Shown: piece by piece, positions 10,569 to 19,891 of the stretch
Layout of the letters: each line of letters begins with the position of its first letter
How positions within the stretch are numbered: position 1 is the first letter of the stretch
NCBI GenBank assembly: GCA_964595645.1
Contig: CAZQQT010000010.1
Coordinates: 28,871 to 92,870, forward strand
Reading direction: 5' to 3'
DNA from: an uncultured Thermococci archaeon
GTDB lineage: Archaea; Methanobacteriota_B; Thermococci; Methanofastidiosales; B48-G16
DNA: 64,000 nt
The notes under the pieces: model-generated
Database searches by the model: none
Told to the model about the DNA's origin: nothing
Seen by the model: only the letters and a program-made list of their open reading frames with translations
Program-made: the position numbers and the translations under genes

Positions 10569-11717
10569 ATGGTGGCGATACAGTACGGAACAGAAGAGGT
10601 AGATATAGGGCTTGACAATGCCGACATCATACTCCCTCAAAAAGCCGATCCTAATAACCATGCGATCGAAAAATGCGTTCGGGCACTGGAAGCATTTGCA
10701 GATGAGACAGTAACTTACATTGTAAATGATGACAACAGACCTACAAGAACGGAAAAAATCTTGGAACGAGTAGAGATACGGCCAAAAGACAGGATCATCA
10801 TAGCCACAGGCTCCCATTCTAGACCAAGCGACAGGTGGATAGAAAAGAGGATCGGGAAACGGGAGAACATCATTATCCACGATGCTGAAGACGCACAGTT
10901 CACCTATTTTGGTACCACATCCTTTGACAACGAGATCTATCTAAACAGCGATATAGAAAATACGAAAAAATTGGTGGTGATCACTTCTGTGGAACCACAT
11001 TATTTTGCAGGGTTTACCGGAGGGAGAAAGAGCTTTCTTCCAGGAATCGCAAGATACGAGACAATAGAGAGGAACCACCACCATGCTCTGAATGAGAATG
11101 CTCGAACGCTCAATCTTAAAGGGAACCCTGTCCATGAGGAAATGATGGAGGTCTGTCATTTTGTGCAGGAAAAGAAGGACATCTTCTGTGTCAACATGAT
11201 ACAGGATGCCGAAGGAAACCTTGCAGATATCAAGTACGGCGATATTGAAGACTCATTTTACGATGCGTGTGAAGTTTCCAGAAACCTCCACTCCACGACT
11301 ATCAAAAAACAGTACGATGCGGTGGTGACTGTTGCCGCCCCTCCACTGGATATGAGCCTATACCAGTCACAGAAGGCGATGGAACACGCGAAACCTGCAG
11401 TAAAGGACGGAGGGACGTTAGTGCTCATTTCTGCATGTAGAGAGGGTATTGGACCTTCAAACTTTTACGATCTTCTTAAGAGTGGACCACCGGATGAGGT
11501 CATGGGGAAAATAAGGACGAATTATAAACTCGGATGGCATAAAACAACGAAGATGCTGGAAGCGCTTCAACACTACGATGTGTATGCTGTAACGGATCTC
11601 CCGAATAAGCTACTTGACGTTGTGAATATCACGCCATGGTGTTTTTCAGATCTGGATAAAATAAGAGGGAACATATTAGTCATGCCCAATGGAGGGATTA
11701 CTGTTCCTTCACTCTAA
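10569..11717 (+). CDS. LarA-superfamily (lactate racemase-like) protein
   Basis: DDNRPT, ATGSH, EPHYFAGFTGGRKS, RNH, YQSQKA. Confidence 0.85.
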   Translation: MVAIQYGTEEVDIGLDNADIILPQKADPNNHAIEKCVRALEAFADETVTYIVNDDNRPTRTEKILERVEIRPKDRIIIATGSHSRPSDRWIEKRIGKRENIIIHDAEDAQFTYFGTTSFDNEIYLNSDIENTKKLVVITSVEPHYFAGFTGGRKSFLPGIARYETIERNHHHALNENARTLNLKGNPVHEEMMEVCHFVQEKKDIFCVNMIQDAEGNLADIKYGDIEDSFYDACEVSRNLHSTTIKKQYDAVVTVAAPPLDMSLYQSQKAMEHAKPAVKDGGTLVLISACREGIGPSNFYDLLKSGPPDEVMGKIRTNYKLGWHKTTKMLEALQHYDVYAVTDLPNKLLDVVNITPWCFSDLDKIRGNILVMPNGGITVPSL

Positions 11718-11784
11718 TACGATGTGTCTGCCGAAAGAAATATTTATTAAATAGAAACAAAAAATAATAATGGGACGAGGAAAA

Positions 11785-12129
11785 ATGAAAACTTTTATTG
11801 CAACAGTAGGGAGAGGAAAAGGAACATGGGGTTATGTAGGCCGTCTAATGCAGGAAGAGTGGGATAAGATAATATTGATAGGCAATGAGTGGACCAAAGA
11901 GAGATTTTCTCACGAAAAGGATGCACAATGGATAGAAATCAACTCACAGGATTCTATCGGATCGATGGTAGAAACCATAGAAAAAAATTTGGACGATGTG
12001 GAGAATGTCCATCTCAATTTTGTTTCTGGAAGCGGAAACGAGCATATGGCTCTTTTGATAGCTTTAACGCATAAAGAGATAGATTATTCTTTCTGCTACC
12101 TTACAAAAGAGGGAGTGAAGATGGAGTAA
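11785..12129 (+). CDS. Small alpha/beta hypothetical protein, possibly CARF-like
   Basis: GRGKGTWG; WDKIILIG; VHLNFVSGSGNEHMALLIAL; alternative start 11770. Confidence 0.6.
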   Translation: MKTFIATVGRGKGTWGYVGRLMQEEWDKIILIGNEWTKERFSHEKDAQWIEINSQDSIGSMVETIEKNLDDVENVHLNFVSGSGNEHMALLIALTHKEIDYSFCYLTKEGVKME

Positions 12130-12133
12130 CGTC

Positions 12134-12835
12134 TCATTTTTCTTCTTCATTTTGTTTTTCTATACCATCCATATCCACATTACACACGTAATACTCACCA
12201 AAAAAGAATCCTGGTTCTCTCTTTACTTTTATATTGTCGTAGTTTTTATGGTACAGAAGGAGATTGTACTTTTTTGCAGATTCATTACGTTCTTTGAGTT
12301 TTTTTCCCATTAAATTGATGAGTTCCTGGACGAACTCTCCTACCCTTTCCTGATTTTTCTTGTACATATCATAGTATTTCTTATATACTTGTATAGTCTT
12401 ATCTCGTACGTACCACCTTATAAAGACAACTATCCACGCGATGATAATAATTACGTACAGGATTATCTTCATCTCCTCCTGTGTGAGCCAGAATCGGAAG
12501 GATATAACCATTATTAACCCAACAAAGAATATAATGAGAAATGCTTGTCTTATGACGAACTGCGTGAAAAATAATATTTTTGCATAAAGTTCCATTTTTG
12601 GCTCTTTTTCTATTGCAATGCCCTTTATATACTCAAGGTCATCGTAGATTCTGCTTAACGAAGGTATATCAAAATTTCTGTGGACATTCCTCGCTTTTTC
12701 CCTCAACATCCCTCTTTTGACTCTTTTCCCAGCCCGAAAGTTGTCCAGTACACTTATGAGCCATGCGAAGTCTTCAAACTCCTTTTTCTTTCTCAGTATT
12801 ACTCTTTTGATCTTCGCGAGCGCATGTCTGAACAT
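12134..12835 (-). CDS. Hypothetical basic membrane protein (2 TM)
   Basis: 233-aa ORF with two central hydrophobic segments; divergent from the APC permease. Confidence 0.65.
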   Translation of the reverse strand: MFRHALAKIKRVILRKKKEFEDFAWLISVLDNFRAGKRVKRGMLREKARNVHRNFDIPSLSRIYDDLEYIKGIAIEKEPKMELYAKILFFTQFVIRQAFLIIFFVGLIMVISFRFWLTQEEMKIILYVIIIIAWIVVFIRWYVRDKTIQVYKKYYDMYKKNQERVGEFVQELINLMGKKLKERNESAKKYNLLLYHKNYDNIKVKREPGFFFGEYYVCNVDMDGIEKQNEEEK

Positions 12836-12900
12836 GGAGTAATTATAGTTCAGGTCTTTTTAAGCTTTTTGTTGAATGTCGATATCAATCATATATAAAA

Positions 12901-12917
12901 CCGAAAGTTTTATAAAG
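12901..12917 (+). promoter_or_regulatory. BRE/TATA promoter of the APC permease cluster
   Basis: CCGAAAGTTTTATAAAG; RBS AGGAGG before 13013. Confidence 0.65.
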
Positions 12918-13012
12918 TAAGAATCTGGATTATTAGGGTGAAGTCTGATGACTAAAGAGGAGGGCTTCAAAAGGAGAAAAAAAGAGTTAATTTAAAAAGG
13001 AGGCGAAAAAAT

Positions 13013-14608
13013 ATGGCAGAAGAAGGACCTGTTGTCTTTACACGAAGGGCATCAGGACTTGTTCGAGAAGTCGGTGCGTTTACAGCGATAAGTATTGGTT
13101 TGACCCACACCATTGGTGGCGGAATTAACAAACTGATGGTATTGATGCGGTACGAGAATCCCGGTGCAAGTGAGTTCGGTGCTTTCGGTATAGCAGGTAT
13201 TATTGTGATGTTTACTGCTATATCGTACACGATGCTGGCTGTGTCGATGCCGAGGACCGGTGGTGACTACATCTATATTTCACGAGCCATTCATCCGGTA
13301 CTTGGTTTCCTGACGAGCTGGGCATTCTACTTCACGGAGATTTTGAGCTTAGGTGTGATCGCCTACTACGACACAGATTACTGGGCATTAGGATTCAGGA
13401 TATACGGTGTGGCAGCAGACAACGAGATGTATTTCAATTGGGCAGATACGTTAACGAACGTCGAATCGGCGCGATTAGGCTTAGCAGTTGCATTTGTACT
13501 AGTTGCAGCTGTGGTTACCTATCTCGGTACACGAGTGTACTCATGGATTATTAACATTGGACTGGTTCTGGGAATTGTTGGTAGTATCGTGATGGGAGTA
13601 TACTTCCTCACCAACCTCGGTGGAGATACAGCAAGTCTCTGGAATCAGACCTACGGTGCTGGAACCTACGAAGCAATTAAACAAAAGGCGATAGAGTTAG
13701 GTTCAGAAACGCAATCCATGAATATAGGTGCTACGATACAGGCGAGTATCGCCGCTGTCTGGGCATATATCGGTTTCACCGCTTCCGCCTACATGGGTGG
13801 AGAGGTAAAGAATCCGAGCAGAAGCCTGGTATGGGCGATTACCATCGGTGCAGCAATTATTATACTGTACTACCTGTTCTTGGCCCTGATGGTGTCTAAC
13901 ACCTTCGGTAACTTCATGGCACACTACGCGTACATGTACTTCGAGGCGAAGGATCAGCTACTGCAGATCCTGCCGAACGCACCTGCTGCGATCCTGCCGA
14001 CCTACGCCTGCGCTTTAGCACCCGGCCAGACTGCGCTCCAGTTAATAATGGCTGTTTCAGCTGCTATCTGGTTACTGAACGACATTCCGGCGTTCTTCCT
14101 GGTATGTTCACGACTGGTATTCTCCTGGTCGTTCGACAGATTCTTCCCAGAGAAACTCGCCGATGTCAACGACAGGTTCCACTCTCCACACTGGGCCATT
14201 ACACTCACCACATTAGGTGGATTAGCAGGAGTATTCCTGTGTTCTGCCGGTGAGTATCAGGCCGCCATGGAGACGACGTTAGGATTCCTGTTTGCAGTAA
14301 CATTAGGCTGTCTTGCAGCTGCGATAACGCCGTACGTCCGAAAGGACCTCTATGAGCGTTCCATTAAGCTGGAGATAGGTGGAGCCCCACTAATGACAAT
14401 ATTCGGTATCTTAGGCTTTGCCTGCAACTTCTTCCTGCTCTTTGTCAGCGGTGCTGACATCTGGGGAGGAGGAGAAAACCCATGGCAGCTGTTCTATGTT
14501 GTCGCGTGGGAGTTCCTTGGCCTAGTGATATTCATCGGGTACTACGCGTACAACATTAGACGAGGCGTGGACGTCGACACGATTTACGCAGAGATTCCAC
14601 CGGCTTAA
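13013..14608 (+). CDS. APC-family amino acid/polyamine permease
   Basis: FTRRASGLVRE, MPRTGGDYIYISR, GGEVKNP, SRLVFSWSFDR, C-terminal EIPP; about 12 TM. Confidence 0.9.
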   Translation: MAEEGPVVFTRRASGLVREVGAFTAISIGLTHTIGGGINKLMVLMRYENPGASEFGAFGIAGIIVMFTAISYTMLAVSMPRTGGDYIYISRAIHPVLGFLTSWAFYFTEILSLGVIAYYDTDYWALGFRIYGVAADNEMYFNWADTLTNVESARLGLAVAFVLVAAVVTYLGTRVYSWIINIGLVLGIVGSIVMGVYFLTNLGGDTASLWNQTYGAGTYEAIKQKAIELGSETQSMNIGATIQASIAAVWAYIGFTASAYMGGEVKNPSRSLVWAITIGAAIIILYYLFLALMVSNTFGNFMAHYAYMYFEAKDQLLQILPNAPAAILPTYACALAPGQTALQLIMAVSAAIWLLNDIPAFFLVCSRLVFSWSFDRFFPEKLADVNDRFHSPHWAITLTTLGGLAGVFLCSAGEYQAAMETTLGFLFAVTLGCLAAAITPYVRKDLYERSIKLEIGGAPLMTIFGILGFACNFFLLFVSGADIWGGGENPWQLFYVVAWEFLGLVIFIGYYAYNIRRGVDVDTIYAEIPPA

Positions 14609-14627
14609 AAAAGAAATATTTTAAACA

Positions 14628-14646
14628 TTTCTTTTTTCTTTTTTTT
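14628..14646 (+). terminator. Oligo-T terminator-like tract
   Basis: Long T-rich run just after the permease stop. Confidence 0.5.
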
Positions 14647-14719
14647 GATTTTTCAGTTTTGAAAAAGTCTTTATAGAAAGGTTTTTATACGTTCTAAAAA
14701 ATAAGATAATGGTGATACG

Positions 14720-15670
14720 ATGGCAAGAATGTTTTTTTCAGCCGATGCACACGGAAGTACCATAATATGGAGGAAATGGGTAAATGTTCCCAAGTTTCAT
14801 AATGCCGATATGCTACTCCTCTGTGGAGATCTAACCGGAAAGGCGATTGTTCCCTTGATAGAGCAGGAGAACGGAAATTATACCTCCCACTATTTCGGGA
14901 GAAAATGGACGCTGAGTTCAGAGGACGAAATAGAGAATATGGAGATGAGATTAGCAGATTCAGGAGTGTATGCATATAAAACAACAAAAGATGAAGTAGA
15001 GAAGATGAAAAGGGATCAGAAATACGTGGAAGATCTAATCGAGAAGCTAATAAAGGAGAGAATACGTGAGTGGTTCGATTTATTAGTTGAAAAGGTCGAC
15101 ACGAGCAAGACACAGGTCATGGCAATGCCCGGAAACGATGACGATAAGTATATTGATCCCGTTATTAAGTCATACGAGGACGACGGTGTGATCTGGTGTC
15201 TAGACAAGGTAATTGATATTGGTGGCTTTGAGTGTATCAGTTACGAGTATGTGAATCCCACGCCGTGGGACACACCACGAGAGAAGCCAGAGAAGGAACT
15301 GAGAAAGGACATCGACGATCTCGTGGGCAGACTGGACAATGTGGAGAAATCTGTATTTAACTTCCACGCTCCACCCTATGGAACCCGGCTGGATATGGCA
15401 CCAAAACTTGACGACCAGCTGAGGGTGCAAGCTCAGGCAGGAGAGGTTGAGATGGAGCATGTAGGAAGCAAAGCTGTCCGTGACGCGATAAAAGAGTACC
15501 AGCCAATGATAGGATTACACGGCCATATACATGAGAGTTACGCCGCCGAGGAAATAGGAAATACACCAGTGGTCAACCCGGGATCTGAGTACGGTGAAGG
15601 TATTCTGCGAGGCTACATTCTTGAGTTTGACGATGAAGGCGTTGATAGGTACTGGAAGGTAGAAGGATAA
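14720..15670 (+). CDS. Calcineurin-like metallophosphoesterase (Icc-related)
   Basis: DAHGS, GDLTGK, GNDD, HAPP, GHIHE. Confidence 0.88.
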   Translation: MARMFFSADAHGSTIIWRKWVNVPKFHNADMLLLCGDLTGKAIVPLIEQENGNYTSHYFGRKWTLSSEDEIENMEMRLADSGVYAYKTTKDEVEKMKRDQKYVEDLIEKLIKERIREWFDLLVEKVDTSKTQVMAMPGNDDDKYIDPVIKSYEDDGVIWCLDKVIDIGGFECISYEYVNPTPWDTPREKPEKELRKDIDDLVGRLDNVEKSVFNFHAPPYGTRLDMAPKLDDQLRVQAQAGEVEMEHVGSKAVRDAIKEYQPMIGLHGHIHESYAAEEIGNTPVVNPGSEYGEGILRGYILEFDDEGVDRYWKVEG

Positions 15671-15711
15671 TTACTCCTTCTATTTTTTTAAATTTTTAGA
15701 GGGGTTTTTAA

Positions 15712-16500
15712 ATGAGTATGAGCATTGAAGAGCTAAAAGAGCAGGAAAGACAATTTTTTGAGATTCGAGACAAGATTATGGAAGAAGCGGATAAACAAGG
15801 AGTAACTCTGCGATTGATTGGTGCTATCGCATTTAGAACGCAGTGTCCAGATTATAAGTACCTAGAATATGACCTAGGGAGACAGCTAACGGATATCGAT
15901 TTTGTTGGTTACGAAAAGGAGACAAGGAAGATAGAGAAACTCTTTGATACGCTTGGATGGAAATCAGAGCGGGCTTTACATACAGTAATGAAGCGAATGG
16001 GTGCGAACAGGATGATATTCTACGGGCCTGGCGAGGTACACTCTGATGTATTCCTCGATGGGCTGCGGTTCTGCCATATCCTGAAGTTGAAAGATAGGCT
16101 TGAGATAGATGATCTCACGATCTCCCTCTCCGATCTGCTTCTCGAAAAACTCCAGATTGTGGAGATAAATGAAAAAGATATCGTCGACTGCATCATGCTT
16201 TTCAGAGAGCACAAAGTGGGAACAGACGACGAAACGACAATAAATAAGAATTATATCGCCAATCTCTTTGCAAACGACTGGGGATGGTGGAGAACGTCCA
16301 CAGAAAATCTTGAGAATATAAAGCATTTTACAGAGAGATACGATAAACTCACAGAAGAGGACAAACAGATCGTGATTAACAGGATAGAGGAGCTAGAGAA
16401 GGCAATAGATGAGCAATCCAAACCCTTCAGTTGGAAGATGAGGAATAAGATTGGCGATAAGAAGAAATGGTATAGGGATGTCGAAGAAGTAGAAAGATAG
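15712..16500 (+). CDS. Putative Pol-beta-superfamily nucleotidyltransferase
   Basis: LIGAIA...TDIDF (hG[AS]-xn-DxD), third Asp in HSDVF, LLLEK...EKDIVD helical motif. Confidence 0.65.
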   Translation: MSMSIEELKEQERQFFEIRDKIMEEADKQGVTLRLIGAIAFRTQCPDYKYLEYDLGRQLTDIDFVGYEKETRKIEKLFDTLGWKSERALHTVMKRMGANRMIFYGPGEVHSDVFLDGLRFCHILKLKDRLEIDDLTISLSDLLLEKLQIVEINEKDIVDCIMLFREHKVGTDDETTINKNYIANLFANDWGWWRTSTENLENIKHFTERYDKLTEEDKQIVINRIEELEKAIDEQSKPFSWKMRNKIGDKKKWYRDVEEVER

Positions 16501-16515
16501 ATCTCTGCGGTTTCC

Positions 16516-17151
16516 ATGAAGACGATAGAAGCAATAAAAAAACGACGATCGATCCGGAAGTTCAAAAAGGGAGATAATCTTCCTCCCGAACCAATGAAGG
16601 TAATCCTTAATGCTGGAAGATGGGCACCATCGGCGAGTAATAGACAGCCGTGGAAGTTTATCGTACTCTCGAAAAAAGATGATAAAGAACTCGTTGCACG
16701 ACTATATGTGGATGCGTATAAAAAAGAGGCCAATGATATTGTACTGAGGGACGACGCCGACAAGTACTTTGAGAATCCGTATGAAGTGAAAAAGAGAATT
16801 CTCAACATGACCGATACTCTGTGGAATCAGATGGTGGATCCAACCTACATCCTCATCGTGTGCGCAAACCCGGAAAAATCTAAATCGTATATCTTTGAGT
16901 CAGGATGCGCAATACAGAACATGATGCTTGCTGCGTGGGAGTTAGGAATTGGGTCATGTTGTGTGGAGATTGCAACAAGCATCCTCGCAGAGTACTTCGA
17001 TAAACAGGCACTCAAAAATTACTTTGCCATTCCGGAGCATATGGATGTTGTGGCACTTGTGCCAATGGGAACACCCGAACAGATACCACCCCCACCACCT
17101 CGTGAAATTTTGAAGGATTTCCACTTCAGACATTTCTGGATGCCAGGCTGA
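16516..17151 (+). CDS. Nitroreductase family protein
   Basis: RRSIRKF, WAPSASNRQPW, QNMMLAAWELGIGSC. Confidence 0.9.
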   Translation: MKTIEAIKKRRSIRKFKKGDNLPPEPMKVILNAGRWAPSASNRQPWKFIVLSKKDDKELVARLYVDAYKKEANDIVLRDDADKYFENPYEVKKRILNMTDTLWNQMVDPTYILIVCANPEKSKSYIFESGCAIQNMMLAAWELGIGSCCVEIATSILAEYFDKQALKNYFAIPEHMDVVALVPMGTPEQIPPPPPREILKDFHFRHFWMPG

Positions 17152-17274
17152 TCGTGTTCGTTCACAGCAAATGAATTTTTACTTTTTGTATTTTTATTTT
17201 CTCTTACTAAAAAAAGAAAAACCTTAAAAGCATTTCTGTTGTAGGATTTGTACTATCATTATCGGTGATTTATT

Positions 17275-18738
17275 ATGGAAAGAAGCATTCTCGATAGACT
17301 CGAACCACGGATAGTATGGACAATTTTTGAAGATATCACGAAAGTTCCTCGCCCTTCCAAAAAAGAAGGAAAGATCTGTCAGTGGATGGAAAATCGGGCC
17401 GAAGAAAATGGAATTTCCTTCAACGAGGATGATGTAGGGAATATTCTCCTCCGCAAAGAGGCGACACCAGGATATGAGGACTATCCAACGCTTGTGCTTC
17501 AAGCACATATGGATATGGTCTGTGAAAAAACAGTCGACACAGAGATCGATTTTGAGTGCGATCCACTGAAGCTTGCTGTTGAGAACGGATACGTGACAGC
17601 ACAGGGGACATCATTGGGTGCTGATAACGGAATCGGCATGGCATATGGATTAGCTGCATTAACAGCAGAGCATATTGATCATGGACCACTCGAGGTCGTA
17701 TTGACCGTTGATGAGGAGACAGGACTTACAGGAGCCTTTAAAATGGAGAAAGAATTTTTTTCCGGTAAGTACTTGTTGAATCTTGATAGTGAATCACTGG
17801 GAGCTATTACTATTGGAAGTGCAGGAGGAGGAGATACACACTATAGCCTCCCTGTGACCCGTGAGAAAAAGAATGGATGGCAGGCGATTAAAATATCGAT
17901 ACAGGGACTCAAAGGAGGTCATTCGGGCGTTGAAATCCATCTTCCTAGATTGAATGCCATCAAGACTTTGTTGGAGGGTGTACTTTCTTTGAAAAGGAGA
18001 GGAAATGTTCGTTTACACAGTATAGAGGGAGGGTCCGTCCACAACGCAATTCCACGAGAGGCAACATTCACCGTGTTGGTCCCCGAAAACGAGAAGAGTA
18101 TGGCAATGAGGACACTCAGACAGTGGAAAATCAGTACAGTGCAGGAGGCACACCATCACGAGCCCAATATACAGATAGATATCGCTGAGTCCAACGAAAC
18201 AAATATGTTGCTAGAATCTCATTCGGACGATCTCTGTATGTTTTTGAATGAAATTCCCTACGGCGTTCTCGCATTCAGCGATGAGATAGAGGGATTGGTA
18301 CAGACATCCAATAACCTTGCTATCGTCGAGACAGGCGAAGACACGATTGAAGTTCACGTCAGCAGTAGAAGCTCCGTGGATAAGGAGCTCGAGAAACTTC
18401 GGGCCCAACTGAGACAACTCGGTGAAACGTACGGCGCAACAGTGAAACAGGAAGAAGCGTATCCTGGATGGCATCCTGATCCCGACGCCCCCTTTGTACA
18501 AACAGTGAAGCAGATTTATGAAAATGTGATGAAGAAGGAGGTGGCACTGAAGGCTGTTCATGGAGGATTGGAGTGCGGATTATTCTCACGGTTCGATCCT
18601 GCCTTGCAGATAGTGTCCATCGGTCCAGAGATAAAAGATGCGCATACTCCAGAAGAACGGGTCTCTATTGAGAGTGTTGCCATACTATGGAAAGTCATTA
18701 CGAGAATCATTGAGAATATGGGAATGTTAGAGCGTTAA
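17275..18738 (+). CDS. pepD: Aminoacyl-histidine dipeptidase (M20C)
   Basis: PRPSKKE, QAHMDMV, LGADNGIG, DEETG, GGHSG, HGGLECG, HTPEE. Confidence 0.92.
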   Translation: MERSILDRLEPRIVWTIFEDITKVPRPSKKEGKICQWMENRAEENGISFNEDDVGNILLRKEATPGYEDYPTLVLQAHMDMVCEKTVDTEIDFECDPLKLAVENGYVTAQGTSLGADNGIGMAYGLAALTAEHIDHGPLEVVLTVDEETGLTGAFKMEKEFFSGKYLLNLDSESLGAITIGSAGGGDTHYSLPVTREKKNGWQAIKISIQGLKGGHSGVEIHLPRLNAIKTLLEGVLSLKRRGNVRLHSIEGGSVHNAIPREATFTVLVPENEKSMAMRTLRQWKISTVQEAHHHEPNIQIDIAESNETNMLLESHSDDLCMFLNEIPYGVLAFSDEIEGLVQTSNNLAIVETGEDTIEVHVSSRSSVDKELEKLRAQLRQLGETYGATVKQEEAYPGWHPDPDAPFVQTVKQIYENVMKKEVALKAVHGGLECGLFSRFDPALQIVSIGPEIKDAHTPEERVSIESVAILWKVITRIIENMGMLER

Positions 18739-19775
18739 AGCAGATGTTTGTTTCCTACATGCACTCGATGTAAATACTTACTCGCTACACTGTAACACTC
18801 TTCAGTAAGTGTTCTTGTTGTTATTGGCATATCTCTCATTTTAAAGTTTGGATGGAACGCGAGAAGTGAATAGGGGATGTCCGGATCAAATGACGCGATA
18901 TACTGCGCTATTTTTTCTACTTCCTCCTTATCAATGTACCCAGGGATGAGGAGCGTGGTAGCGGTGAGCAGATTCTTCTTCTTAAACTCTTCGGCTACCA
19001 TCTTAAAGTTCTCCAGCGTCCTCGTATTTGGGCGTCCGGTCAGCACTTTATGAAGATACGGATCATACGCTTTGAGATCAAATTTTATTACACCACCGGT
19101 ACGGGAGGAGAACTCTGCCGCCCTCCTCACAAGCTGGGGATTTCCCGTGCCGTTCCACTCCCAACAAATCCGCAAAGAGTTCGATTCGAGTATTTTTTCA
19201 GTTGTGTTGAGTAAAAATGGAAGCTGCGGCTCAGGTGTTCCTCCAAAGTAGCAAATACAGGATGCTCTCTCTGCCTTCTGAACTAACTCGTCCGCGCTTG
19301 TTGTATTGGCGCTATCTATCATCTTATGCTCATAATTTTGACAGAATACGCAGTTGAAAGAACAGGCAAAGGGAAACACCGCCAGATTGTACCCCTGTTC
19401 TTTACTCCCTGGACAGAACCACGAGGCACAGCAGTTTGTGGGCAGAGAGTCGTAATACGAGTGTAGTAGCCCCTGTTTTACCTGGAGTTTCCTCTCGTTG
19501 TTCTCTCTCAGTCCGCAGTATCCTCGTTTCCCCATTCCTATTTTGCACTCGTTGGCACACACGGTACACTGAACTCCTTCATCGTCTTTCGGCGGCAACG
19601 CTGGTAGGTTAAACTGTTCTCTTATTTTTTTGTGTACATTTGAAGCGATACTGAGAGACTTCTTAGGGTTTTTTCGAATACAGGAGAGACATATACCCAG
19701 CGCCGATGAGACCTCATTACTCTTCTTTCCGCAGAGCTGACAGGTTGCTTTTTCTGCAGTACTGAATCTCCACAT
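18735..19775 (-). CDS. Radical SAM protein, PflA/COG1180-like, with Cys-rich N-terminus
   Basis: CSFNCVFCQN; GGTPEP; additional CxxC clusters. Confidence 0.85.
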   Translation of the reverse strand: MWRFSTAEKATCQLCGKKSNEVSSALGICLSCIRKNPKKSLSIASNVHKKIREQFNLPALPPKDDEGVQCTVCANECKIGMGKRGYCGLRENNERKLQVKQGLLHSYYDSLPTNCCASWFCPGSKEQGYNLAVFPFACSFNCVFCQNYEHKMIDSANTTSADELVQKAERASCICYFGGTPEPQLPFLLNTTEKILESNSLRICWEWNGTGNPQLVRRAAEFSSRTGGVIKFDLKAYDPYLHKVLTGRPNTRTLENFKMVAEEFKKKNLLTATTLLIPGYIDKEEVEKIAQYIASFDPDIPYSLLAFHPNFKMRDMPITTRTLTEECYSVASKYLHRVHVGNKHLL

Positions 19776-19891
19776 CTATCCTATCTTTTTTCATTGAGAT
19801 TGAAGTAGGTTTCCCTTTGAAAAGGGGTTGTATTAAGATATTTGGTACAGCGATATGCCTCAGTGAATGTTAAGAGGAAAAATTTTTTGCT

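Noticed and set aside
14720-16500. NTase/phosphoesterase pair as a CBASS-type defence system
   Set aside because: No recognisable Cap effector or ancillary genes, no island context, and linkage is to a nutrient permease
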